Shown piece after piece: positions 1 through 10,250 of a DNA stretch of 64,000 nucleotides (position 1 is the stretch's first letter; each line of letters opens with the position of its first letter). Source of the DNA: Spironucleus salmonicida (taxonomy: Eukaryota); assembly GCF_000497125.1 (NCBI RefSeq), contig NC_090604.1, positions 206,651 through 270,650 of the forward strand. Direction: 5' to 3'. Made by a program: the position numbers and the translations under genes. The notes under the pieces are model-generated. The model was not told where the DNA came from, searched no databases, and saw nothing but the letters and a program-made list of their open reading frames with translations.

Positions 1-29
1 CCGAGGCGGGCGGTGCGCGAGAAAGATAA

Positions 30-146
30 AATTCGGCACAGCTCTTTCCCTCGTAGTCTCCCAGCGAAGTACTCAATACTGCAGGTCAGGCTTCACTTCA
101 CAATTTGGAACAAGATGTGGTGTTTAACTGACTGTATGACCGAATC
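30..146 (-). rRNA. 5S: 5S rRNA (1-nt deletion versus other copies)
   Basis: Same sequence as the array 5S copies, lacking one base in tactgccagg. Confidence 0.8.
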
Positions 147-238
147 GAGAGTACTGGGGCGTGGCGCGGACCCGGGCGCTGGGCGGGTGCTGGAAGCGGG
201 CCGCCCATCCCGAGGCGGGCGGTGCGCGAGAAAGATAA

Positions 239-347
239 AATTCGGCACAGCTGTAGTCTCCCAGCGAAGTACTCAATACTGCCAGGTCAGGCTTCACTTC
301 ACAATTTGGAACAAGATGTGGTGTTTAACTGACTGTATGACCGAATC
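239..347 (-). rRNA. 5S: 5S rRNA copy with 9-nt deletion (pseudogene or consensus error)
   Basis: Lacks ctttccctc relative to the other copies. Confidence 0.7.
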
Positions 348-778
348 GAGAGTACTGGGACGGCCGGAAAGAAGGGGCGCCTCGCGCTGTTACTTTGCGA
401 CGCTCCCGTGAGGCGCTAGCTCGAAGTGGGCCACGAGATGCTTCAGCTACCGCCCTGGGAAGCCAAGGTGAAAGTGCGTGGCTAAAGGTTGGGACGTACC
501 AAGCCACTACGAAGTGGGAGTGAGACAGCATACTTAGGGGAGGCGCTGTGAAGGCAGATGACGGAGAAGTGACGGCTGCCCTTTCTAGCGTTTGGTTAGC
601 TTGGGTGCATAGCCTCTGCTGGTAGATTTTGTTATAGGTGCAGTTAGTAAAAGCTAATGCTAGGGCTAGGCAATTAATAGAATAAATACTGCCGAAACGT
701 ATAAATAAATCATTAGCATAGCTTATCAGCCAGCTAGAGTGGAGGGACGTGAGGGCGCTATAAATCAAGTAGGGTCAC

Positions 779-2000
779 TCAGATCTCATTCCTCTGCACG
801 AGGGGGAGCTCGGTGTGCATTCTCTGCTTCCTGCTGCGCACGGCGAAGGCCACGACACCGATGACCGCGGTCAGGGCGACGACACCGCCGAGGACGGCAC
901 CGATGGTGGCGGCCTGGGAGGCTCTGTTGGCGGGCGCGACGCACTGGTGGCCTGGAAGAGGTAGCCGGGTCTGCACGCGGCGCAGTAGCGCTCGTCGCAG
1001 GACAGGCACCCCTCGGGGCAGGCGGCGCACTGGCCGGTGGTGGTCTGGCGGAAGCCGACCTCGCACTCGTTGCAGGAGTCGCCGCTCTGGACCTTGCAGT
1101 TGGCGATGCCGCCGGGGACGACTGGTGGAGGCGTGGGAGGGTTCACCGAGCCGCAGGAGCTGGCGTCGGCACAGACCCCGGCTGGGGTGAGGTAGAAGCC
1201 GAGCCCGCAACCGAGGCACTCGGAGGTGCTGCAGATGGCGCAGCCTCGGCGCAGGGGACGCAGAGCCCGTTGGTGAGGGCGTGACCGGGGTGGCACACGA
1301 GGCAGCCGTCGGCGCCCTCGATCTGACAGGAGTTGGGCTTGGGCACGCATACGTTGTCCTGGACGGCGAGGCCTTCCTTGCACACGACGCACTTTTCTTC
1401 GTACTGGAAGTCGCAGTTGGCGACGGCGGCGAAGCAGTTGCCGCCTGCTGACGAAGCCTGGGATGCAAGTGGTGCAGCCGGAGGCATCGGAGGATGCGCA
1501 GAGGGAAGGGTTGGTGACGCAGGTGTTGTTCATGACGGCGAAGCCCTCGCGGCAGTTGACACACTTCTCCTCGTACTGGAAGTCGCAGTTCTTCACGCCG
1601 GCGAAGCAGTTGCCGTTGGTGTTGGAGTAGCCAGGCTTGCAGCTGATGCAGCCCTCGGGGTGTTGGTCTCGCAGAAGGCGGGGTTGGTGACGCACTTGTT
1701 GCCGGCGTTGGCCATGCCGTCCTTGCACACGACGCACTTCTCCTCGTACTGGAACTCGCAGTTGGCGACAGCCGCGAAGCAGTTGCCGTCCTGTTCGACG
1801 TGGCCGGGCTTGCAGGTGGCGCAGCCGTCGATGCCCTGAACGGAGCAGAGGGCGGGGTTGGTGACGCACTTGTTGTCGGCGACGGCGAAGCCCTCGCGGC
1901 AGTTGACGCAGGTGGCCTCGTACTGGAACTCGCAGTTCTTGATGTTGGGGATGCAGGTGTTGTTCTCACGGTGGGTGTTGGTCGGGCAGGTCGCGCTCAT
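779..2000 (-). pseudogene. CRMP array copy 1, frameshifted by five 1-nt deletions (probably sequencing error)
   Basis: 1222 bp versus 1227 bp for intact copies; deletions fall in G/C runs. Confidence 0.75.
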
Positions 2001-2186
2001 TGGTAGTGGAGTGGGCGGGTCGGATCGGGGGTATAATACGGTATTAGGCCGATAATCTATTTCGGGCCGAGTTAGAATAGGTGGAGCGGAGTTGGATTGC
2101 CTTGGGTATCCGCGCCATCGTGCAGAATACCCGGCCGGGTGGAAGGGCGGACCCATCCCGAGGCGGGCGGTGCGCGAGAAAGATAA

Positions 2187-2304
2187 AATTCGGCACAGCT
2201 CTTTCCCTCGTAGTCTCCCAGCGAAGTACTCAATACTGCCAGGTCAGGCTTCACTTCACAATTTGGAACAAGATGTGGTGTTTAACTGACTGTATGACCG
2301 AATC
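2187..2304 (-). rRNA. 5S: 5S rRNA
   Basis: Minus strand reads GATTCGGTCATACAGTCAGTTAAACACCACATCTTGTTCCAAATTGTGAAGTGAAGCCTGACCTGGCAGTATTGAGTACTTCGCTGGGAGACTACGAGGGAAAGAGCTGTGCCGAATT (118 nt). It has the eukaryotic 5S hallmarks CGG(T/C)CATAC, GAAG..AAGC (box A) and AGTACTT...TGGGAGAC....GGGAA (box C), a terminal stem GATTCGGT/GCCGAATT and a T4 terminator. Confidence 0.92.
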
Positions 2305-2736
2305 GAGAGTACTGGGACGGCCGGAAAGAAGGGGCGCCTCGCGCTGTTACTTTGCGACGCTTCCCGTGAGGCGCTAGCTCGAAGTGGGCCACGAGATGCT
2401 TCAGCTACCGCCCTGGGAAGCCAAGGTGAAAGTGCGTGGCTAAAGTTTGGGACGTACCAAGCCACTACGAAGTGGGAGTGAGACAGCATACTTAGGGGAG
2501 GCGCTGTGAAGGCAGATGACGGAGAAGTGACGGCTGCCCTTTCTAGCGTTTGGTTAGCTTCGGTGCATAGCCTCTGCTGGCAGATTTTGTTATAGGTGCA
2601 GTTAGTAAAAGCTAATGCTAGGGCTAGGCAATTAATAGAATAAATACTGCCGAAACGTATAAATAAATCATTAGCATAGCTTATCAGCCAGCTAGAGTGG
2701 AGGGACGTGAGGGCGCTATAAATCAAGTAGGGTCAC

Positions 2737-3962
2737 TCAGATCTCATTCCTCTGCACGAGGGGGAGCTCGGTGTGCATTCTCTGCTTCCTGCTGCGCACG
2801 GCGAAGGCCACGACACCGATGACCGCGGTCAGGGCGACGACACCGCCGAGGACGGCACCGATGGTGGCGGCCTGGGAGGCTCTGTTGGCGGGCGCGACGC
2901 ACTGGTGGGCCTGGAAGAGGTAGCCGGGTCTGCACGCGGCGCAGTAGCGCTCGTCGCAGGACAGGCACCCCTCGGGGCAGGCGGCGCACTGGCCGGTGGT
3001 GGTCTGGCGGAAGCCGACCTCGCACTCGCTGCAGGAGTCGCCGCTCTGGACCTTGCAGTTGGCGATGCCGCCGGGGACGACTGGTGGAGGCGTGGGAGGG
3101 TTCACCGAGCCGCAGGAGCTGGCGTCGGCACAGACCCCGGCTGGGGTGAGGTAGAAGCCGAGCCCGCAACCGAGGCACTCGGAGTGCTGCAGATGGCGCA
3201 GCCCTCGGCGCAGGGGACGCAGAGCCCGTTGGTGAGGGCGTGACCGGGGTGGCACACGAGGCAGCCGTCGGCGCCCTCGATCTGGCAGGAGTTGGGCTTG
3301 GGCACGCATACGTTGTCCTGGACGGCGAGGCCTTCCTTGCACACGACGCACTTTTCTTCGTACTGGAAGTCGCAGTTGGCGACGGCGGCGAAGCAGTTGC
3401 CGCCCTGCTGGACGAAGCCTGGGATGCAAGTGGTGCAGCCGGAGGCATCGGAGGATGCGCAGAGGGAAGGGTTGGTGACGCAGGTGTTGTTCATGACGGC
3501 GAAGCCCTCGCGGCAGTTGACACACTTCTCCTCGTACTGGAAGTCGCAGTTCTTCACGCCGGCGAAGCAGTTGCCGTTGGTGTTGGAGTAGCCAGGCTTG
3601 CAGCTGATGCAGCCCTCGGGGGTGTTGGTCTCGCAGAAGGCGGGGTTGGTGACGCACTTGTTGCCGGCGTTGGCCATGCCGTCCTTGCACACGACGCACT
3701 TCTCCTCGTACTGGAACTCGCAGTTGGCGACAGCCGCGAAGCAGTTGCCGTCCTGTTCGACGTGGCCGGGCTTGCAGGTGGCGCAGCCGTCGATGCCCTG
3801 AACGGAGCAGAGGGCGGGGTTGGTGACGCACTTGTTGTCGGCGACGGCGAAGCCCTCGCGGCAGTTGACGCAGGTGGCCTCGTACTGGAACTCGCAGTTC
3901 TTGATGTTGGGGATGCAGGTGTTGTTCTCACGGTGGGTGTTGGTCGGGCAGGTCGCGCTCAT
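2737..3962 (-). pseudogene. CRMP array copy 2, one 1-nt deletion frameshift near 3184 (probably sequencing error)
   Basis: ggagtgctg versus ggaggtgctg in intact copies; 1226 bp. Confidence 0.75.
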
Positions 3963-4148
3963 TGGTAGTGGAGTGGGCGGGTCGGATCGGGGGTATAATA
4001 CGGTATTAGGCCGATAATCTATTTCGGGCCGAGTTAGAATAGGTGGAGCGGAGTTGGATTGCCTTGGGTATCCGCGCCATCGTGCAGAATACCCGGCCGG
4101 GTGGAAGGGCGGACCCATCCCGAGGCGGGCGGTGCGCGAGAAAGATAA

Positions 4149-4266
4149 AATTCGGCACAGCTCTTTCCCTCGTAGTCTCCCAGCGAAGTACTCAATACTG
4201 CCAGGTCAGGCTTCACTTCACAATTTGGAACAAGATGTGGTGTTTAACTGACTGTATGACCGAATC
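4149..4266 (-). rRNA. 5S: 5S rRNA
   Basis: Identical to 2187..2304. Confidence 0.92.
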
Positions 4267-4698
4267 GAGAGTACTGGGACGGCCGGAAAGAAGGGGCGCC
4301 TCGCGCTGTTACTTTGCGACGCTTCCCGTGAGGCGCTAGCTCGAAGTGGGCCACGAGATGCTTCAGCTACCGCCCTGGGAAGCCAAGGTGAAAGTGCGTG
4401 GCTAAAGTTTGGGACGTACCAAGCCACTACGAAGTGGGAGTGAGACAGCATACTTAGGGGAGGCGCTGTGAAGGCAGATGACGGAGAAGTGACGGCTGCC
4501 CTTTCTAGCGTTTGGTTAGCTTGGGTGCATAGCCTCTGCTGGTAGATTTTGTTATAGGTGCAGTTAGTAAAAGCTAATGCTAGGGCTAGGCAATTAATAG
4601 AATAAATACTGCCGAAACGTATAAATAAATCATTAGCATAGCTTATCAGCCAGCTAGAGTGGAGGGACGTGAGGGCGCTATAAATCAAGTAGGGTCAC

Positions 4699-5925
4699 TC
4701 AGATCTCATTCCTCTGCACGAGGGGGAGCTCGGTGTGCATTCTCTGCTTCCTGCTGCGCACGGCGAAGGCCACGACACCGATGACCGCGGTCAGGGCGAC
4801 GACACCGCCGAGGACGGCACCGATGGTGGCGGCCTGGGAGGCTCTGTTGGCGGGCGCGACGCACTGGTGGGCCTGGAAGAGGTAGCCGGGTCTGCACGCG
4901 GCGCAGTAGCGCTCGTCGCAGGACAGGCACCCCTCGGGGCAGGCGGCGCACTGGCCGGTGGTGGTCTGGCGGAAGCCGACCTCGCACTCGCTGCAGGAGT
5001 CGCCGCTCTGGACCTTGCAGTTGGCGATGCCGCCGGGGACGACTGGTGGAGGCGTGGGAGGGTTCACCGAGCCGCAGGAGCTGGCGTCGGCACAGACCCC
5101 GGCTGGGGTGAGGTAGAAGCCGAGCCCGCAACCGAGGCACTCGGAGGTGCTGCAGATGGCGCAGCCCTCGGCGCAGGGGACGCAGAGCCCGTTGGTGAGG
5201 GCGTGACCGGGGTGGCACACGAGGCAGCCGTCGGCGCCCTCGATCTGGCAGGAGTTGGGCTTGGGCACGCATACGTTGTCCTGGACGGCGAGGCCTTCCT
5301 TGCACACGACGCACTTTTCTTCGTACTGGAAGTCGCAGTTGGCGACGGCGGCGAAGCAGTTGCCGCCCTGCTGGACGAAGCCTGGGATGCAAGTGGTGCA
5401 GCCGGAGGCATCGGAGGATGCGCAGAGGGAAGGGTTGGTGACGCAGGTGTTGTTCATGACGGCGAAGCCCTCGCGGCAGTTGACACACTTCTCCTCGTAC
5501 TGGTAGTCGCAGTTCTTCACGCCGGCGTAGCAGTTGCCGTTGGTGTTGGAGTAGCCAGGCTTGCAGCTGATGCAGCCCTCGGGGGTGTTGGTCTCGCAGA
5601 AGGCGGGGTTGGTGACGCACTTGTTGCCGGCGTTGGCCATGCCGTCCTTGCACACGACGCACTTCTCCTCGTACTGGAACTCGCAGTTGGCGACAGCCGC
5701 GAAGCAGTTGCCGTCCTGTTCGACGTGGCCGGGCTTGCAGGTGGCGCAGCCGTCGATGCCCTGAACGGAGCAGAGGGCGGGGTTGGTGACGCACTTGTTG
5801 TCGGCGACGGCGAAGCCCTCGCGGCAGTTGATGCAGGTGGCCTCGTACTGGAACGCGCAGTTCTTGATGTTGGGGATGCAGGTGTTGTTCTCACGGTGGG
5901 TGTTGGTCGGGCAGGTCGCGCTCAT
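4699..5925 (-). CDS. Cysteine-rich membrane protein (CRMP/VSP-like), 408 aa, array copy 3
   Basis: MSATCPTN... has four 58-aa CXXC repeats, a C-terminal TM (IGAVLGGVVALTAVIGVVAFAV) and a basic tail RSRKQR...NEI. C-rich tract before the ATG; TGAGTGA at the stop. Confidence 0.92.
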   Translation of the reverse strand: MSATCPTNTHRENNTCIPNIKNCAFQYEATCINCREGFAVADNKCVTNPALCSVQGIDGCATCKPGHVEQDGNCFAAVANCEFQYEEKCVVCKDGMANAGNKCVTNPAFCETNTPEGCISCKPGYSNTNGNCYAGVKNCDYQYEEKCVNCREGFAVMNNTCVTNPSLCASSDASGCTTCIPGFVQQGGNCFAAVANCDFQYEEKCVVCKEGLAVQDNVCVPKPNSCQIEGADGCLVCHPGHALTNGLCVPCAEGCAICSTSECLGCGLGFYLTPAGVCADASSCGSVNPPTPPPVVPGGIANCKVQSGDSCSECEVGFRQTTTGQCAACPEGCLSCDERYCAACRPGYLFQAHQCVAPANRASQAATIGAVLGGVVALTAVIGVVAFAVRSRKQRMHTELPLVQRNEI

Positions 5926-5965
5926 TGGTAGTGGAGTGGGCGGGTCGGATCGGGGGTATAATACG
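5926..5965 (-). promoter_or_regulatory. C-rich upstream motif preceded by TATTATA (present in every array unit)
   Basis: Minus strand ccgtattatacccccgatccgacccgcccactccactaccaATG resembles the C-rich promoter motif described for Spironucleus. Confidence 0.5.
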
Positions 5966-6111
5966 GTATTAGGCCGATAATCTATTTCGGGCCGAGTTAG
6001 AATAGGTGGAGCGGAGTTGGATTGCCTTGGGTATCCGCGCCATCGTGCAGAATACCCGGCCGGGTGGAAGGGCGGACCCATCCCGAGGCGGGCGGTGCGC
6101 GAGAAAGATAA

Positions 6112-6229
6112 AATTCGGCACAGCTCTTTCCCTCGTAGTCTCCCAGCGAAGTACTCAATACTGCCAGGTCAGGCTTCACTTCACAATTTGGAACAAGATG
6201 TGGTGTTTAACTGACTGTATGACCGAATC
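6112..6229 (-). rRNA. 5S: 5S rRNA
   Basis: Identical array copy. Confidence 0.92.
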
Positions 6230-6661
6230 GAGAGTACTGGGACGGCCGGAAAGAAGGGGCGCCTCGCGCTGTTACTTTGCGACGCTTCCCGTGAGGCGCT
6301 AGCTCGAAGTGGGCCACGAGATGCTTCAGCTACCGCCCTGGGAAGCCAAGGTGAAAGTGCGTGGCTAAAGTTTGGGACGTACCAAGCCACTACGAAGTGG
6401 GAGTGAGACAGCATACTTAGGGGAGGCGCTGTGAAGGCAGATGACGGAGAAGTGACGGCTGCCCTTTCTAGCGTTTGGTTAGCTTGGGTGCATAGCCTCT
6501 GCTGGTAGATTTTGTTATAGGTGCAGTTAGTAAAAGCTAATGCTAGGGCTAGGCAATTAATAGAATAAATACTGCCGAAACGTATAAATAAATCATTAGC
6601 ATAGCTTATCAGCCAGCTAGAGTGGAGGGACGTGAGGGCGCTATAAATCAAGTAGGGTCAC

Positions 6662-7888
6662 TCAGATCTCATTCCTCTGCACGAGGGGGAGCTCGGTGTG
6701 CATTCTCTGCTTCCTGCTGCGCACGGCGAAGGCCACGACACCGATGACCGCGGTCAGGGCGACGACACCGCCGAGGACGGCACCGATGGTGGCGGCCTGG
6801 GAGGCTCTGTTGGCGGGCGCGACGCACTGGTGGGCCTGGAAGAGGTAGCCGGGTCTGCACGCGGCGCAGTAGCGCTCGTCGCAGGACAGGCACCCCTCGG
6901 GGCAGGCGGCGCACTGGCCGGTGGTGGTCTGGCGGAAGCCGACCTCGCACTCGCTGCAGGAGTCGCCGCTCTGGACCTTGCAGTTGGCGATGCCGCCGGG
7001 GACGACTGGTGGAGGCGTGGGAGGGTTCACCGAGCCGCAGGAGCTGGCGTCGGCACAGACCCCGGCTGGGGTGAGGTAGAAGCCGAGCCCGCAACCGAGG
7101 CACTCGGAGGTGCTGCAGATGGCGCAGCCCTCGGCGCAGGGGACGCAGAGCCCGTTGGTGAGGGCGTGACCGGGGTGGCACACGAGGCAGCCGTCGGCGC
7201 CCTCGATCTGGCAGGAGTTGGGCTTGGGCACGCATACGTTGTCCTGGACGGCGAGGCCTTCCTTGCACACGACGCACTTTTCTTCGTACTGGAAGTCGCA
7301 GTTGGCGACGGCGGCGAAGCAGTTGCCGCCCTGCTGGACGAAGCCTGGGATGCAAGTGGTGCAGCCGGAGGCATCGGAGGATGCGCAGAGGGAAGGGTTG
7401 GTGACGCAGGTGTTGTTCATGACGGCGAAGCCCTCGCGGCAGTTGACACACTTCTCCTCGTACTGGTAGTCGCAGTTCTTCACGCCGGCGTAGCAGTTGC
7501 CGTTGGTGTTGGAGTAGCCAGGCTTGCAGCTGATGCAGCCCTCGGGGGTGTTGGTCTCGCAGAAGGCGGGGTTGGTGACGCACTTGTTGCCGGCGTTGGC
7601 CATGCCGTCCTTGCACACGACGCACTTCTCCTCGTACTGGAACTCGCAGTTGGCGACAGCCGCGAAGCAGTTGCCGTCCTGTTCGACGTGGCCGGGCTTG
7701 CAGGTGGCGCAGCCGTCGATGCCCTGAACGGAGCAGAGGGCGGGGTTGGTGACGCACTTGTTGTCGGCGACGGCGAAGCCCTCGCGGCAGTTGATGCAGG
7801 TGGCCTCGTACTGGAACTCGCAGTTCTTGATGTTGGGGATGCAGGTGTTGTTCTCGCGGTGGGTGTTGGTCGGGCAGGTCGCGCTCAT
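6662..7888 (-). CDS. CRMP array copy 4 (408 aa)
   Basis: Intact near-identical copy. Confidence 0.92.
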   Translation of the reverse strand: MSATCPTNTHRENNTCIPNIKNCEFQYEATCINCREGFAVADNKCVTNPALCSVQGIDGCATCKPGHVEQDGNCFAAVANCEFQYEEKCVVCKDGMANAGNKCVTNPAFCETNTPEGCISCKPGYSNTNGNCYAGVKNCDYQYEEKCVNCREGFAVMNNTCVTNPSLCASSDASGCTTCIPGFVQQGGNCFAAVANCDFQYEEKCVVCKEGLAVQDNVCVPKPNSCQIEGADGCLVCHPGHALTNGLCVPCAEGCAICSTSECLGCGLGFYLTPAGVCADASSCGSVNPPTPPPVVPGGIANCKVQSGDSCSECEVGFRQTTTGQCAACPEGCLSCDERYCAACRPGYLFQAHQCVAPANRASQAATIGAVLGGVVALTAVIGVVAFAVRSRKQRMHTELPLVQRNEI

Positions 7889-8074
7889 TGGTAGTGGAGT
7901 GGGCGGGTCGGATCGGGGGTATAATACGGTATTAGGCCGATAATCTATTTCGGGCCGAGTTAGAATAGGTGGAGCGGAGTTGGATTGCCTTGGGTATCCG
8001 CGCCATCGTGCAGAATACCCGGCCGGGTGGAAGGGCGGACCCATCCCGAGGCGGGCGGTGCGCGAGAAAGATAA

Positions 8075-8192
8075 AATTCGGCACAGCTCTTTCCCTCGTA
8101 GTCTCCCAGCGAAGTACTCAATACTGCCAGGTCAGGCTTCACTTCACAATTTGGAACAAGATGTGGTGTTTAACTGACTGTATGACCGAATC
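8075..8192 (-). rRNA. 5S: 5S rRNA (doublet, CRMP-proximal)
   Basis: Identical array copy. Confidence 0.92.
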
Positions 8193-8287
8193 GAGAGTAC
8201 TGGGGCGTGGCCGCGGACCCGGGCGCTGGGCGGGTGCTGGGAAGCGGGCCCGCCCATCCCGAGGCGGGCGGTGCGCGAGAAAGATAA

Positions 8288-8405
8288 AATTCGGCACAGC
8301 TCTTTCCCTCGTAGTCTCCCAGCGAAGTACTCAATACTGCCAGGTCAGGCTTCACTTCACAATTTGGAACAAGATGTGGTGTTTAACTGACTGTATGACC
8401 GAATC
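8288..8405 (-). rRNA. 5S: 5S rRNA (doublet, second copy, 213 bp away)
   Basis: Identical array copy. Confidence 0.92.
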
Positions 8406-8837
8406 GAGAGTACTGGGACGGCCGGAAAGAAGGGGCGCCTCGCGCTGTTACTTTGCGACGCTTCCCGTGAGGCGCTAGCTCGAAGTGGGCCACGAGATGC
8501 TTCAGCTACCGCCCTGGGAAGCCAAGGTGAACGTGCGTGGCTAAAGGTTGGGACGTACCAAGCCACTACGAAGTGGGAGTGAGACAGCATACTTAGGGGA
8601 GGCGCTGTGAAGGCAGATGACGGAGAAGTGACGGCTGCCCTTTCTAGCGTTTGGTTAGCTTGGGTGCATAGCCTCTGCTGGTAGATTTTGTTATAGGTGC
8701 AGTTAGTAAAAGCTAATGCTAGGGCTAGGCAATTAATAGAATAAATACTGCCGAAACGTATAAATAAATCATTAGCATAGCTTATCAGCCAGCTAGAGTG
8801 GAGGGACGTGAGGGCGCTATAAATCAAGTAGGGTCAC

Positions 8838-10064
8838 TCAGATCTCATTCCTCTGCACGAGGGGGAGCTCGGTGTGCATTCTCTGCTTCCTGCTGCGCAC
8901 GGCGAAGGCCACGACACCGATGACCGCGGTCAGGGCGACGACACCGCCGAGGACGGCACCGATGGTGGCGGCCTGGGAGGCTCTGTTGGCGGGCGCGACG
9001 CACTGGTGGGCCTGGAAGAGGTAGCCGGGTCTGCACGCGGCGCAGTAGCGCTCGTCGCAGGACAGGCACCCCTCGGGGCAGGCGGCGCACTGGCCGGTGG
9101 TGGTCTGGCGGAAGCCGACCTCGCACTCGTTGCAGGAGTCGCCGCTCTGGACCTTGCAGTTGGCGATGCCGCCGGGGACGACTGGTGGAGGCGTGGGAGG
9201 GTTCACCGAGCCGCAGGAGCTGGCGTCGGCACAGACCCCGGCTGGGGTGAGGTAGAAGCCGAGCCCGCAACCGAGGCACTCGGAGGTGCTGCAGATGGCG
9301 CAGCCCTCGGCGCAGGGGACGCAGAGCCCGTTGGTGAGGGCGTGACCGGGGTGGCACACGAGGCAGCCGTCGGCGCCCTCGATCTGACAGGAGTTGGGCT
9401 TGGGCACGCATACGTTGTCCTGGACGGCGAGGCCTTCCTTGCACACGACGCACTTTTCTTCGTACTGGAAGTCGCAGTTGGCGACGGCGGCGAAGCAGTT
9501 GCCGCCCTGCTGGACGAAGCCTGGGATGCAAGTGGTGCAGCCGGAGGCATCGGAGGATGCGCAGAGGGAAGGGTTGGTGACGCAGGTGTTGTTCATGACG
9601 GCGAAGCCCTCGCGGCAGTTGACACACTTCTCCTCGTACTGGTAGTCGCAGTTCTTCACGCCGGCGTAGCAGTTGCCGTTGGTGTTGGAGTAGCCAGGCT
9701 TGCAGCTGATGCAGCCCTCGGGGGTGTTGGTCTCGCAGAAGGCGGGGTTGGTGACGCACTTGTTGCCGGCGTTGGCCATGCCGTCCTTGCACACGACGCA
9801 CTTCTCCTCGTACTGGAACTCGCAGTTGGCGACAGCCGCGAAGCAGTTGCCGTCCTGTTCGACGTGGCCGGGCTTGCAGGTGGCGCAGCCGTCGATGCCC
9901 TGAACGGAGCAGAGGGCGGGGTTGGTGACGCACTTGTTGTCGGCGACGGCGAAGCCCTCGCGGCAGTTGACGCAGGTGGCCTCGTACTGGAACTCGCAGT
10001 TCTTGATGTTGGGGATGCAGGTGTTGTTCTCGCGGTGGGTGTTGGTCGGGCAGGTCGCGCTCAT
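8838..10064 (-). CDS. CRMP array copy 5 (408 aa)
   Basis: Intact near-identical copy. Confidence 0.92.
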   Translation of the reverse strand: MSATCPTNTHRENNTCIPNIKNCEFQYEATCVNCREGFAVADNKCVTNPALCSVQGIDGCATCKPGHVEQDGNCFAAVANCEFQYEEKCVVCKDGMANAGNKCVTNPAFCETNTPEGCISCKPGYSNTNGNCYAGVKNCDYQYEEKCVNCREGFAVMNNTCVTNPSLCASSDASGCTTCIPGFVQQGGNCFAAVANCDFQYEEKCVVCKEGLAVQDNVCVPKPNSCQIEGADGCLVCHPGHALTNGLCVPCAEGCAICSTSECLGCGLGFYLTPAGVCADASSCGSVNPPTPPPVVPGGIANCKVQSGDSCNECEVGFRQTTTGQCAACPEGCLSCDERYCAACRPGYLFQAHQCVAPANRASQAATIGAVLGGVVALTAVIGVVAFAVRSRKQRMHTELPLVQRNEI

Positions 10065-10250
10065 TGGTAGTGGAGTGGGCGGGTCGGATCGGGGGTATAA
10101 TACGGTATTAGGCCGATAATCTATTTCGGGCCGAGTTAGAATAGGTGGAGCGGAGTTGGATTGCCTTGGGTATCCGCGCCATCGTGCAGAATACCCGGCC
10201 GGGTGGAAGGGCGGACCCATCCCGAGGCGGGCGGTGCGCGAGAAAGATAA

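Noticed and set aside
4218-4688. 156-aa spacer ORF and the 60/65/98/169-aa ORFs over the spacer
   Set aside because: They overlap the 5S gene, several use non-ATG starts, and the 156-aa ORF is frameshifted in one unit (about 22712). Their conservation simply reflects array identity.
4267-4698. Additional structured RNA (snRNA, SL RNA, tRNA) in the remaining spacer
   Set aside because: No Sm site, cloverleaf or convincing long stem visible by eye; an Rfam scan would be needed to exclude it.
4706-5794. 362-aa Arg-rich and 115/125-aa Ser/Pro/Ala-rich minus-strand ORFs
   Set aside because: Alternative frames of the CRMP gene, open because of codon bias.
4735-5931. 398-aa plus-strand ORF repeated in each unit
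   Set aside because: Antisense shadow of a GC3-rich CDS; low-complexity G/A/V/L with no coherent domain.
5926-6081. 52-aa N-terminal extension (MGPPFHP...) giving the 460-aa track ORF
   Set aside because: Not Cys-rich or signal-like, spans the TATTATA/C-rich upstream motif, and diplomonad 5' UTRs are typically short. M53 is preferred as the start; the extension is kept only as a minor possibility.
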